64,000 nt of DNA, from the NCBI GenBank assembly GCA_951406725.2, contig OX597821.1, positions 101,680,001 through 101,744,000 on the forward strand, written 5' to 3'. Shown piece by piece: positions 12,708 to 25,134 of the stretch. Below the pieces are notes generated by a model. That model was not told where the DNA came from, made no database searches, and saw only the letters and a list, made by a program, of their open reading frames with translations. This DNA is from Octopus vulgaris (taxonomy: Eukaryota). The position numbers and the translations under genes are program-made. The first letter of the stretch is position 1; each line of letters begins with the position of its first letter.

Positions 12708-13790
12708 TGTTATATTTGGAGAGAGTCATCTTTTGCCAATTAAACATATGCACTATTTATTTGATTTTCACTTTAGCTTTATAATTATTATTATTAGTTT
12801 ATTTGTCAGAGTTTTTCGTCACATATTCTGTGACCTCTTCAGTGACTTTCTATCCTGTGTATCTTCTCTCATCCTGCCTATACCATTTTGTCTTTCTGTG
12901 GCATGTATGCCTGTCTGTACATGCATATAGGTCTGTATTTGTGTGTGTGTTTAACATGTGTGTGTTGTATGCATGTATATGGGTTTGTACACTACACAGT
13001 TTATACCTTTATCTTTTATCTATTTTTCTCATTCTGTCTCAAGTACATGTGTGTCTTGTGTGTGTGTGTGTATCTGGATTTGTATATTACAGTTTGTACT
13101 GGTGTCTCTTATTCATTGATTTTTCCCCCCTCTTTCTGTCTCTCATCATCAGACTGCCTAGTGTGGAGAGAGGAGTGTTATTATTCCATTCACATTTGCT
13201 ACTGAGTCTTAGTCTATCTTGTATTATGTATGTGGCCTCCATGATCTGAGTGTTGTGTCTGTTCTATATGTTGATAAGATCCTAACATCTATGTTATCAA
13301 CTGAGCCTCCATGTTCTAATTGAGCATGTTGGTAGAGCACTGACGGTCTTTTCTTTCCTTGGAGTTCCTGCCAGTGTTCCCTTATCCACACACCTATGCT
13401 ACATGGTGTCTCTCCAATACATGTCATTGTCCTGCTTCAGCAACATCCTTCTGTACACCTTATACTATAGACTACATTCCTAGTTTTCCAGTTTATCTGT
13501 GGGTTTACTTGACACACCATACAGTTTCTATTAGTAGAGGGGTTTCTTTCAAATGGGTATGTTCTACAGATCAGGGATTTTAGGGGAACCTTGGCCTTTC
13601 TACTACTTTAATCTATAGATTAATCTCATCTAAAGTTTTCCTAAATTGATATGTTAGTTCACCTCCAGGAGTAGTATTGCTGAATGTGACACACTGGTAT
13701 TTTTGATTGTCATACTATCTACCTCCTTTTAATTCTTTCTAAGCTATTCCAAGATTTACTCCTGTATAGATCCCATTCTCTATGATGGTC
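12708..13790 (-). mobile_element. 5'-truncated Penelope-like retroelement (Cys-rich linker + GIY-YIG endonuclease + 3' tail with hammerhead)
   Basis: Minus-strand translation with stops/frameshift: TPGGEL...IKVVERP / LKSLICRTYPF...CMVC...RNVVYSIRC..C....CIGETPCSIGVWIREH...SVLYQHAQLEH (GIY-YIG VVY/YIGET/REH motifs). Confidence 0.85.
12805..12846 (-). ncRNA. Minimal type I hammerhead ribozyme motif
   Basis: RNA: GUCA-CUGAAGA-G-GUCACA-gaaua-UGUGAC-GAAA-aac-UC-UGAC. Stem I GUCA/UGAC, 6-bp stem II, intact CUGANGA and GAAA boxes, UH site. Confidence 0.75.
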
Positions 13791-13795
13791 TAATT

Positions 13796-14128
13796 TAGGG
13801 ATTCTCAACCATTTAATTTATCTACGTACCCATTTGGTTACTATTTTATTCTGGTGGATCCCTAAAGCCATTCAATGTTTAAAAACTAGTTTTATAGAAA
13901 CTTCTTTCAAAATTCCTATTTCGTTCTCCTTACATTAACTTGTGGTTGAACTATGTAAAATGTCAGAGAAAGAAACCTAGCTGTTTCTTGCATACGTCTG
14001 AAACAAAACTTTTTCAGGGGGCCTTAAAACACTATTGTGGATCCCTAATTTACTATTTTGTTGGGTGGACCCCTTAAAATATTATATAGACCCTCAGGGG
14101 CCATATGGACCCCAGTTAAGAATCACTG
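13796..14128. mobile_element. hAT (Charlie-like) MITE
   Basis: Ends tagggattctcaacc / rc cagtgattcttaact; subterminal tggacccc/tggatccc motifs; degenerate 8-bp TSD gtctaatt (13788-13795) / gtcttact (14129-14136). Confidence 0.7.
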
Positions 14129-14136
14129 GTCTTACT

Positions 14137-14253
14137 ACTACTACTACTACTACTAATAATAATAATAATAATAATAATAATCTAAAGTGAAGATCAAATA
14201 AATAGTGCGTTTGTGTATTTGGCAAAAGTTGACGATCCCCACATGTAACAATA
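14137..14253 (+). repeat. (ACT)n(AAT)n plus inverted copy of the Penelope-like 3' terminus
   Basis: ctaaagtgaagatcaaataaatagtgcgtttgtgtatttggcaaaagttgacgatccccacatgtaacaata aligns with the reverse complement of 12705-12776. Confidence 0.8.
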
Positions 14254-15580
14254 TCTGTTCCAACACACGATTCGACATCAAGAATCTTGCAAAACAAATA
14301 CATAAGAGTAAATTTTCTTTAAAAAAAAAATTAATGCGTCAATTGATGAGAAATACGGAATGGCAAGAGTTACCTCCCCTGAATAGCACATGATCGAGAA
14401 GAAAAAATTGATTTTTTATTTCGGCTAAATTTGCCTTCGATAACGTACAGGAAAAGAAAAGGAAGAATCTGATATATTCAATGAAATTAGAATTCTTCAC
14501 CAGGGGGAATTGATTATTTAATTTTACTTGAACAAAAAAAATAAAGACTAAACCCCCCCCCCCCGAAGTTTTCGACACTTGTAACTGTTATTGAATTCAC
14601 TTGATTTAACAATCAAAATCAACCAACAAGGGAATCTCTATACAATTGTTCGATTTTAAGAGAAATAGTAACCTAATCTCGTTCAAATCACTTCCCACCG
14701 TCTTAGAATAGAAAGAGGAAAACACCAGACAATGTAGCGCAGGGTGAGAAGGTCACGACTGAAATGACTGATTAGAGATCTGTTCTATCAAGGCTGACCT
14801 GTGGCTATGCAACAACAAAAATCGCAATAAGATTTCCTGATAAAGTCTAAAATACATCATCCAATTTTTTTCTTTACTAAAATTTAGCTGACAAAAATAC
14901 TTGTTAAACTATTGTTTTAAAACACGACAAGTAAATTAGCAATATTTTTTAGAGTTGTTACTCGAGAGCGGCATAAATGTTATCAGAGCATCTTCTAATA
15001 TAGGTAATGCATATTTTGATGGAGGTTTTGTGCTTCCGGTAACCAACGGGACAAGGGGCTTTACAGGGTCGACGTACGTTTCTGAAAAGAAGCGTAGCCT
15101 CAACTCAACTTCGCATTTCACCCTGTGTAGGTGTAAGGTGATAAAATGTGTGCCTACAATATCGTAAGTCAAAAGAAACGAGTACATTACATAGAAAGAA
15201 AGAAACCGAATATATTATATGTATCATGATTTAGAATATATTAATCGCTTAAGTAAACTGCTACGACATTAGTATTTAATATGTTAACATCAACAGGTGG
15301 CGCGTCGCAATGGTAGTTCTTAATGCGTTGTGAACATCAATAATTGTGTTGATAGTTTTATAGAAAACATAACAGCAGGGTGAAAAATATTGGTATCGAT
15401 AAACTACGAAATGACCTATATGATAGAGAAAATAAAATAAGTGTGTACATACACGCGCGTGCGGCTGGGAGGGGTCTAAGGAGTAAACAGCTATTTTGAA
15501 TGTAGAAGTATAAAAGAAAAAAAATCACGTCTGTCATGGGAATTATGGTCAAGAGGGTTGGCCGGGTGTGACGTTACCAT
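14200..15580. promoter_or_regulatory. CpG-retaining island, probable (bidirectional) promoter
   Basis: About 45 CpG by eye in 1.4 kb vs about 4 in the next 1.4 kb; ETS-like cttccggt (~15033-15040), ggcgcgtcgc (~15299), NRF1-like acgcgcgtgcgg (~15453), CRE-like tgacgtta (~15569); + strand donor ATC|GTAAGT at 15163/15164. Confidence 0.65.
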
Positions 15581-17980
15581 TTGAATGTAGGATTCTGCTA
15601 TTGATAATTTGCAAAGGTGGGAGTGTATACTCAAATGAGAAAGGTGCAGTAATAAAATAGTTGACTGAAGTATGTTGCTAGCAATATGACAAGTGATACA
15701 GGTGTATATACTGGTAGCTATATAATAGGAAAGATGTAAAATACAGAGAATTGTTAGGGAATAACTGATGAGCTGCAAAGGCCCCAGGATTTAGAATCTG
15801 TTACAAAGAGGCTCCAAGAGAATTCTATTGATTTTTCTTTTGTTAGACATTTTAAAAGTGGGTTTTAGCTTGCTAATAGTTACTAAGCAAACAAATGCTG
15901 CCAGACCGTTTGAAGATACTAACACTAATATTATGTTACACAGTTAACCAATTGTAAAATAAATACTACTGGATGTAATTTTCTTTTTGAGATGTGGTCT
16001 ACACTTTAATTAATATAATCTCTTGTTTTCCTCAACAGATTATACAAGCTTAATTTGGGAGATTAATTTGATACAGAATTTTAAATATCCCAATTAGTCT
16101 ATGTGGTGACTTTATATAGTAATAATTTTCAAGAAAACAAATTAAGATTTCATCAATTTTCAAGAGAATTGTTGAGACTGAATGATCAATTTTAAACCAA
16201 GGTGGGTGTGCATGTCAGAGGAAAAGATGGAGAGAGAAAGAGATAAAAGGAGAACTAGAGAGGAGGGAGAAAGCGACAGACAGAAAGGAGAAATAGAGAG
16301 GGAGAGAGATTAATTTTATGATGGGATGGTGCATAGCACTCAAGGGTAACATGAGATCCACACAATCTGGTCTATCTGCAGGTTAAAACTGAAGGGCAAT
16401 GTGCATTAAAGTTACATAAATACATCCCATGGATATAAATGACTAAATTTGTCATGTCTCATAACATATTTTTCTAAATTCTTGCTTATGATTAATATAA
16501 AAGAATGATATACATATGTCAGCACACTCCCACAAAGGATAGAAAGTAAAATTATTTATATTATATAGGCTTCTCTAGTCCTATTCTACATAAAAGAAAA
16601 CTACATGATATGAATTTGTGAATAGAAATGCCTTCTATTCATATGATGAGGAAAAATAGTGAATGTATGGGGGAGAAGCAAAAATGATTTATAGTCTGAA
16701 ACAAATATGTGAAGAAAAGAAAAACTAAGACTAATAATTTGCTTCTGGGTTTTTTAATGATTCAAGAGAAAGATCAAAAGGAAGATGGAGATTTAAATAG
16801 ATAGACACATGGATTAAGGGTCTAGGGTTTTAGAGTTCAAATATTTTCGTTGATACATTGAACTATTTCTTTCCTTGCCTCAGTCAACTAACCTGAAAAT
16901 ATGTACCATTCTCATTTAATAGTTGAGTGGCTGATGTTGCGATGATCAGCTGAAGATTATATGCTCCAACAATTCCAGATATCAATGATATCTGATGGAA
17001 ATGGAGTCATATCATGGGTTTCTGCTTTAATAATAAAGACAGCTTCATTGATCATCATATGAACTTCAAAAACAAGGGTTGTATTTAGATTAAACAGATT
17101 TTTAAAATTTGTGTTTTCCCATGTTAACACTCACTATACAATTCTACCAAATAATTGCCCATCCAGTTACTTTAGTTCTCTGGCATCTTATGCACTTCAG
17201 GATAGATGTCATTTGCTCTTAATTTCAATCTAATTCATACCAACCCACATCATTATAAGCCTATGAATCTTAGTTACTGTCCTAATATCTTGGGATCGGG
17301 TCTGATTTACTAGTCTTTGATGACATTGTTTCAACTAACAAGTTTTTCCAAATGAAAACTATTCAATTCGGAACTATTTCATATATCAAAAACTATGCTT
17401 GAAATAGAAACACTACTTCAGCTCAAAAATGTCCAAGCTATCTCTTAAACTCAAATTAAAATACAGGCCTCTCTCATGTTACTGAAGTATTGCATTTCTG
17501 AAAATTTTGCTGTAACATGGAATTCCACAAAGGGAAACACATTTCCCAATGAATTCCATTTAACATGAAAAATCAATAACAAAATAGGTTTTCACATTCA
17601 AGGAATTCTATATTATTGCAAAATGCTCAGAAACATAATATTTCCATAAAACAGGATATGCTTGTGTAGAATGAATTCGACTCCGGTCACTGCAAGCCTT
17701 GTCTTAACTGAACATTTAATTCCCTCTACCATATTTAGCAATACTGGATACAATGTACCTTGTATCCAAGGAGAGAAAGTGTTTCTTACTTGCTAGCAAA
17801 GTTTTTTTCTATTCTTTTATTATCATTGTTTTGGAATTTTTCTGGGTCAGTGGACAGTAGCCATGCTGGAGCACCAGTTTTTAGTGTTTGATCAATCTTA
17901 TTATTTTTAGTCTGGTATTCATCTCTGTTTGTCAAACTGCTAAGTTACAGGACATATATGTATGTAAACACACCTACATA

Positions 17981-17985
<5 letters not shown>

Positions 17986-18025
<40 letters not shown>
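17986..18025. repeat. (AG)n microsatellite
   Basis: Pure AG run. Confidence 0.95.
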
Positions 18026-18029
<4 letters not shown>

Positions 18030-21019
18030 TATAAAGAGATAGACAGACAGATAGACACTTCTCTAGATTTTCTAATTTAAGCATACAGTCTATCATATTG
18101 CAGACAAAATATATTAATAGACTGTTCTATTATTTCTAGTCCTCTGAGTTTGCTTTTCACAGCAACTTTATTTACATTAATTAATCTTATTCTGAAAGCT
18201 GAAATAAAATTACTTAGTGGCAGGCAGAGTGCACTCACATCTCACATAACCCTAATGTTCAGTGCTAACATGAAACCAGATAAATCTGTACATACAATTG
18301 ACAGTAGATATTTCATTTCGGATAGTCATTATGCATAGCTAGCAGAGTACTTTGAGATGGAGTGGGTTAAGGTTGTGACAAAAACATTAAAAGGAAATCT
18401 TCTCAGCATTGTCATTGGTATCCTATAATAAGTAACAAGTTAGCAGTCTTAATTAGATGACTGCATTTTAACAGAGGCATTGTCACAAATCCCTGGGTTA
18501 ATGATATTATTAGTGCTAGATAGAATCAATCAAATCTTATTACTATGCGCAACATTGATTAATTATCTCGATTCCGTGTCAATACTGTTCCTGAATGAAA
18601 TTCAGAATAGCTAACATTAATGGCAAAATAATGATAAATCTGTAGATCCATATAGTTTGTAGGATTGCAGATAGTATTGACACAGAAATATAACAAGTAC
18701 AAAATCTTTTTTCCTCTGCAACAAAAATTAGCATATCATTTAGAAATCAATCTGGTTTTCATCTTTTGTTTTTAAATAATAATCATTATTATTCCTTTAT
18801 TTATATTTTTATTTTATGATGATTACGATGAGAATGATGTTGATACTGATGATACTGCAATGATGTAAAAAAAAAAATCTAAGCTTTTAAATGATTGCTT
18901 GCAGGACTGCTTCTTAATCAAAGCACTTAATATGTACCAGCATATGTACGTAATTCATTTTTCTAATGATATCTCAAATCCCTTTTGTCTAATTGAAAAT
19001 TTAAAAATATTACTATAATTGTATCAAAGCTACAATTGTTTTGCTCCAAACAGCTTACTGCTGGATTCTAATGAATTAACTAAAAATATTGCATCAAGAA
19101 CTACACATGATAAAATTATTCTTTCCATACTCTTTCTCCTCCTCCTCCTACCCCTCTGTTGTTAAGTCATCTACAACCAGGAAAAACATACTTAATGAAT
19201 GAGTTTCTGGCACATCACCAAAAATAGACACTGCAGAGTCAATCAATATATTTCCAGCAGTGTTGCATAGCAGAGTGTATACTGCAGTAGCCCAACTAAG
19301 GATTTGTAGCTACGCCAGTCACTATTTCAAAACCTCCACACCATTTGAATACACAAAACAATATTTAACACACATTTTTATTCATCAATAGGATCATTTT
19401 AAAGGCAAAAATTAAATTTTATAAATGGAGGGGTAAAGTTAATTTTAAATTAATAGATGAAAATTATTTTCAATGGGTTCTGTGTAAATTTAGAAAGCGA
19501 TTAAACATTTAATTTTTTTCCTTTCATTATATTCTTTTTATATTCTATTTCAGTTAGATGATTCTACTGACTGGCTTTAACATTATTTTCAGAAATTCTG
19601 TGTATATGCCTGAGTTGCTAACACTATCAATATACAGTGTATAGAAAATCCTTCTGAAGAAAATAAAAATGTGAAATTTACTTTGATACCTAAAGCAGTG
19701 AATTTACTATCTGTAAATGGCTGCAAACAGTAAATGCTTACACATATATAATTTTTTTCCCTTTTCACTTGATTCTACTTTAGAAAATCCACACATATTA
19801 AGATTGCCATATTTAGCTACAAGTTTGAAAAATAAAATAAAAACAATTTTAAATTCTACATTAAATCAGCTGGAAAATGATATTAAGTAAAAAGTGAAAC
19901 TAAGTAAAAATAAAATCAAATTATTAAAACTGTAAAGCAAAAAGTAAAAAGTATTAATGTTAAAAAAATAGGTTCCAAAGTATAATTTAAATTTCTTATT
20001 TGCTTTTGGTTATATAATGAGTATTAGGAAATAAAAGAAACTATTGAACAGGAAAGCTCAGAGGCAAAATGGCCAAGTGAATAGGGTATCAAACAACTAA
20101 TCAATATTTAAGTTTGAATCTTTTGTAGACAATTGTTTCTTGATAGGTACTTAATTTAATGTATTTCAAAGATGTGTTAACATATTTAATTGTAGAAAGG
20201 ATAAAAAAAAGTTAAATTTAATTACACGAAGATGAAAAGACACTATTAATCAATGAGACTAAGATTATTCTAATTACACTGACGAGTATGGGAGACAACT
20301 CTGGACATGGTTAAGTCATACAAGATCTCCTCGGCATTAAAAAATAGTCAGATTAGTGTTACCATATTTAATACAGTGAGCAGTAAAAATCTAATTAGAA
20401 ATAGTTATTTGATGAGAAAATATATAATATTGTTAGTCAATGATTGATATTATTTTAATTTATTTTGGCAAATACTGGATATTTCAGTCACTTAGAGCTG
20501 TCAGTGTCATTCATACCTGCTACTAAACATTTTTGGGATGTCTTCGGACATTATTCCTGTGTATATACTGCCACAGAAAATAATGTTCATGATTCATCTA
20601 TAAGATTACCATCAACAGTTTTTGACTTCAGCCAGAAACACCAACATGTGGAGTTCTCTGGAAGATGGTTAGTACAAGGGAGATAATCATTCCTTCATAT
20701 TATTTGGTGGGATTAGAAGTTTGAATTTGAAATTAAGGCAAAAAGAAGATGCATAGAATTTATTTTGCTTACTTAACATCAAAATGTGTTGAAAGGGGTA
20801 TTCAGCTTTAATTTGTGTGGAAAGCTGTTCTTTTAAAACTTCCTTAATTCATTCATGACAATGAAACAAGGGATCTAAAACCAATGCTGATAATAGCAAT
20901 AATAATGTTGACAAAGATGATGATGATAACAAAAGAATTTTTAACAAATCAGTGAGTTAAGATTTTGAGCCTTACTTTGATCTATCATCAGTTCTAATGT
21001 AAATTGCCTCATGCTTTGT

Positions 21020-21455
21020 TCATCATCATCATTTAACATCTGTTTTCCGTGCTAGCATGGGTTGGACAGTTCGACTGGGGTCTGGGAAACCAGGAGGCTG
21101 CACCAGGCTTCAGTCTGATCTGGCAGTATTTCTACAGTTGGATACCCTTCCTAACACCAACCACTCAGTGAGTGTAGTGAGTGCTTTTTACGTGCCACCG
21201 GCACAGAAGCCAGTCATGGTAGCGCTGGCATCGGCCACATTCGGATGGTGCTTTTTACATGCCACCGGCACAGGTATCACAACTACAATTTGTCATTTGA
21301 TATTTATTTTGAGGTTGATGTACTTGACTCAATAGGTCTCCTCAAGCACAACAGGTCACGTGCCACTGGCACAGAAGCCAGTCAAAGCGGTGCTGGCATC
21401 GGCCATGTTCGGATGGTGCTTTTTACATGCCACTGGCACAGGTATCACAACTACA
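21020..21455 (-). mobile_element. RTE-tail non-autonomous element with internal ~97-bp direct duplication
   Basis: (CAT)n end; cgtgccaccggcacagaagccagtc...ggtatcacaactaca occurs at ~21191-21288 and ~21359-21455. Confidence 0.8.
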
Positions 21456-22344
21456 TAGCCCACACCACCAGATGCTTTAAGCATCTCAGCAGTGATTCCT
21501 GATGGGCAGGGGCTTTTCCTGGCTTCATACCCTTAAAACATTTGATAGAAAACTGTATAAGATGAGGCAGTGGGCAAAGGTTTTCCAAGAAAATTGATTA
21601 AAATTATAGACGGCTCCAAATCATACATATATTATCATAAATTATTCTATTCAGAATATGTAAATACAAGCAAAGCTATCAAACAAAATTTAGCATAAGA
21701 ACAACAAGTGGCAGTTCCAATTCCAATTTAATTGAATCTAACCATTGGCCTAGTTTCCAAATCCTCTTCCAGTGAATTATGTCAGGTTTCTTACCAAAAC
21801 TGTATCCTTATTTAAAGTAGACAGATATCTAAAATGTATCTACATCAAAACAAACGAGCACAAGACACTAACTACGGCAAAACCAATGACTAAGTTAAAT
21901 AGGGTAAAAATAAAATGCTCTATTTAACTTAGAAATTTAGCCTAAAAATATCTTTTATAGTTACACTTAACATGCTTACAAATACACAACTTAACAAACT
22001 TACTGAATTTAGATAATACTATCCTTTATTAATTTTAGCTATAGCCTAACTATATTAGTTATACCCAAACTTCTTATGTCTCTGTTCAATTAAATATTTA
22101 GTAAAGTATCATCATCATTATGATTTTAGAAAATCATACTAGATTTAGTAAAAAAACCTTTCATCTAATATGTAGAGGTTTACTTTAAATCTTTTATTGA
22201 TATTAAGGTTGTGGATTTGAATCTTGTCATTTCAATTAAGTTTTCTCTTTAACTGTGACATTATATTACTATCATATAGCTCAAAATAAGCATATGATAA
22301 TAATAATAATAATAATAACAGCCACAACAACAACAACAACAACA

Positions 22345-22710
22345 ATAGCACTCAGAGAGTGCAAACCTCCACCAAGGCAACAGCAACGTCCTCTCAACAA
22401 TTAGCTGAAGATGATTTTTAAAATGAGAATATTTGAAATAAACCTGACTGCTCTCACAAACGAGAATACTAAAAATGAACCCAACCACTCTCAAAAATTA
22501 AGTAAAAAAAACTGGAAAAATAATCCAGAATCCTTGTCCAGTACCAGATCGATCCCAAAATCTAATCAGTTCATACCAGTCATGAGGCCAAACATCCCTG
22601 AAAGTTTCATCTGAATCCATCCAGCAGTTCTTGAGATATCTTGTCCATGGACAAACAAACAAATGCGACTGAAAAACAACACCACCACCTTCTCTAAAAC
22701 AGAGGTAATA
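22345..22710 (+). mobile_element. Helentron-associated (HINE/DINE-1-like) non-autonomous element
   Basis: 5' gcactcagagagtgcaaacctccaccaaggc, core cccaaaatctaatcagttc...aagtttcatctgaatccatcc...ttgagatatcttgt, (ACAA)n, 3' ...gaggtaataa; sits next to (TAA)n/(CAA)n. Confidence 0.7.
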
Positions 22711-22719
22711 ATAAATCTT

Positions 22720-23092
22720 TTCCACTATAGATAAAAAGTATGAAATTTTCAGGGTAAGAGGGTGAATTGATTATATCAAACACAGTGCTAAACTGGTATT
22801 TATTTTACTGACTCCAAAAGAAAGGCAAAGTCAACCTGGGTGGGATGTGAATTCAGAATATAAAGCCTGAAGAAATGCTGCTAAGCATTTTGTCCAGTGT
22901 GCTTACAATTCTGCCAGATCATCACCTTATGATAATAATAATAATCCTTTCTTTTATTGGCACAAGGTCCGAAATTCTGGGGGAGAGGATTGATTGATTA
23001 TATCAACCCCAGAATTTCACTTGCACTTAACTTATTACCCCCCAAAAGGATGAAAAGCGAAGTCAACCTTGGTGGAATTTGAACTCAGAACG
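22720..23092 (-). mobile_element. Two tandem family-A SINE copies
   Basis: Each carries aaaggcaaagtcaacct..ggaatttgaactcagaa; ~22720-22930 and ~22950-23092. Confidence 0.75.
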
Positions 23093-23687
23093 TTCATGTC
23101 TCCAAGTATGGTCATATTTCCCCATGGTCAAACATGCTTTTTTTGGTTACTGGAAACAAATAACATCACTTGTATAATGGTGATACTTGTTTATAACCAT
23201 CATATGATGTCAAGACAAAGGTACACACACACACACACACAATGGACTTTTTATAGTTTCCATCTATCAAATCCACTTACAAGGCTTTGATCATCTTGGG
23301 GGCTGTAGTAGAAGACACCAAAGGTGTTTATATCACTATGTCATATGTCACTAGTGATCAAATTAAATAATGTAAAATGATTTTAAAAATCACAGTATTT
23401 AAAAAAATTTCAATGACTTTTTTTAAAGTTCCTTGTTTTATATAATTTGAGTATCATGTTTTTCAAACAAGCCTTACTTCCACAAACATTATGAAATAAT
23501 TTCTAATATAACTTAAATGAGGTCTTTCGCTGGGAACCCAAACCAAGTCATGAACTAAGCTTAAAAAGTAATTTAATGCAGCTAAAAAATGATATAAATC
23601 ACTAATTCTAACTTCTATATTTTTTTAATTAGAGAGGGGAAATGAAAAGTATTTAACTATGATATTAGCAATATTAGTCTAAGAAAC

Positions 23688-24082
23688 TCCTTTTACTTGT
23701 TTCAGTCATTTGACTGTGGCCATGATGGAGCACCGCCTTTAGTCGAGCAAACTGACCCCAGGACTTATTCTTTGGAAGCCTAGTACTTAGTCTATCGGTC
23801 TCTTTTGCCGAACTGCTAAGTTACGGGGATGTAAACACACTACCATCAGTTGTCAAGTGATGTTGGGGGGACAAACACAGACACACAAACACATACACAC
23901 ATGTACATATACATATATACGAGGGCTTCTTTCAGTTTCCGTCTACCAAATCCACTCACAAGGCTTTGGTCGGCCCAATGCTATAGTAGAAGACACTTGC
24001 CTAAGGTGGCACGCAGTGGGAATGAACCCAGAACCATGTGGTTGGTAAGCAAGCTACTTACCACACAGCCACTCCTGCACCT
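23688..24082 (-). mobile_element. Full-length family-B tRNA/CORE SINE (ACAAGTAAAA tail)
   Basis: Reverse complement of 51829-52250: cttttacttgtttcagtcatttgactgtggccatg...agacacttgcctaagg...cttaccacacagccactcctgcacct. Confidence 0.9.
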
Positions 24083-25134
24083 ATGTTAGATAATTTAACA
24101 AATCTAAAAGATAATCCAGAGTATACAATGGAAAAACATAACTTTCTAGGTAATGCATAAAAATCAGTGAATAAAACTACACTACATTAAAATAAAATTC
24201 TTAACTTCAAAATCATGGTTCTGTAAATTATTAGATTTCTAAATCATTCATTGAAGGAATAAAAGACAAATCTTTTACTTTTCTATTGCAGGAAGGATAG
24301 TAAAGTAACAAGAATTATATAAATTAGTCAAAATTATGAATAAACTCATAACAGTATTAACTTACATATGAGAGGAATAGACAAACAGTAGATCTTTCGA
24401 AGAAAGAAAACAAAATCAATGCTTTCTCTCAATGTTAGAAATGAAAATTTGCTGCATTTATCATTATACATTGCGTATATAGGAAAGAGAAAAAGAGATT
24501 GAGAGAATGTGCATGTGTATACATGTGTATGTGTATGTGTGTGCATTTGTACTTATAAAAAAACACACTTACACAAATCAAAAGATTTTGTATTCATGCA
24601 GTTTCTAAATATAGAAATAACATACAAATGCATCTGGATATGCTAATCATTTCTACTGTATCTGCTGTTGTTACTTAACAACTGGACTCTTTCCTTTTTC
24701 CCCACTTTCTTCTCATATTGAAATGTGTTTAGCAACAAACTACAAGAGCTAAGCAACAGAGTTGGGACAGTTTGAAAATATACATTATTGATCCAACTCT
24801 CGAGTAATAGTTTCCAATTAACAGGTAAAAATAGATCAGTGGTTCTGCTGTTTGAAGTTTATTCTTTTGATAAGATTGTGAGTCGAAGCTAAGAACGTTT
24901 ACAAAACAATATCTAAAACATTCTATATGCAGTTAAAATCTATTAGAGAAAACTTTTGCAATGTTAAGGTCTGAAATAGAAATACCAGACAAGTAATTAT
25001 GAAATTTTCTGAGGGACCAATACATATAACTTCTTGATTTCAATTTTAGATTTATAAGTGCTCTATGTGAGTGTTTTAAGAGGTAATTTTGATTTGTGGT
25101 TTAGCTTCCAATAGATATTATCATCCTTATCATT

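Noticed and set aside
20279-20320. CTGACGA box (also CTGATGA at ~15765, ~38862, ~38888)
   Set aside because: No stem II + GAAA + UH + stem I arrangement, so not hammerheads.
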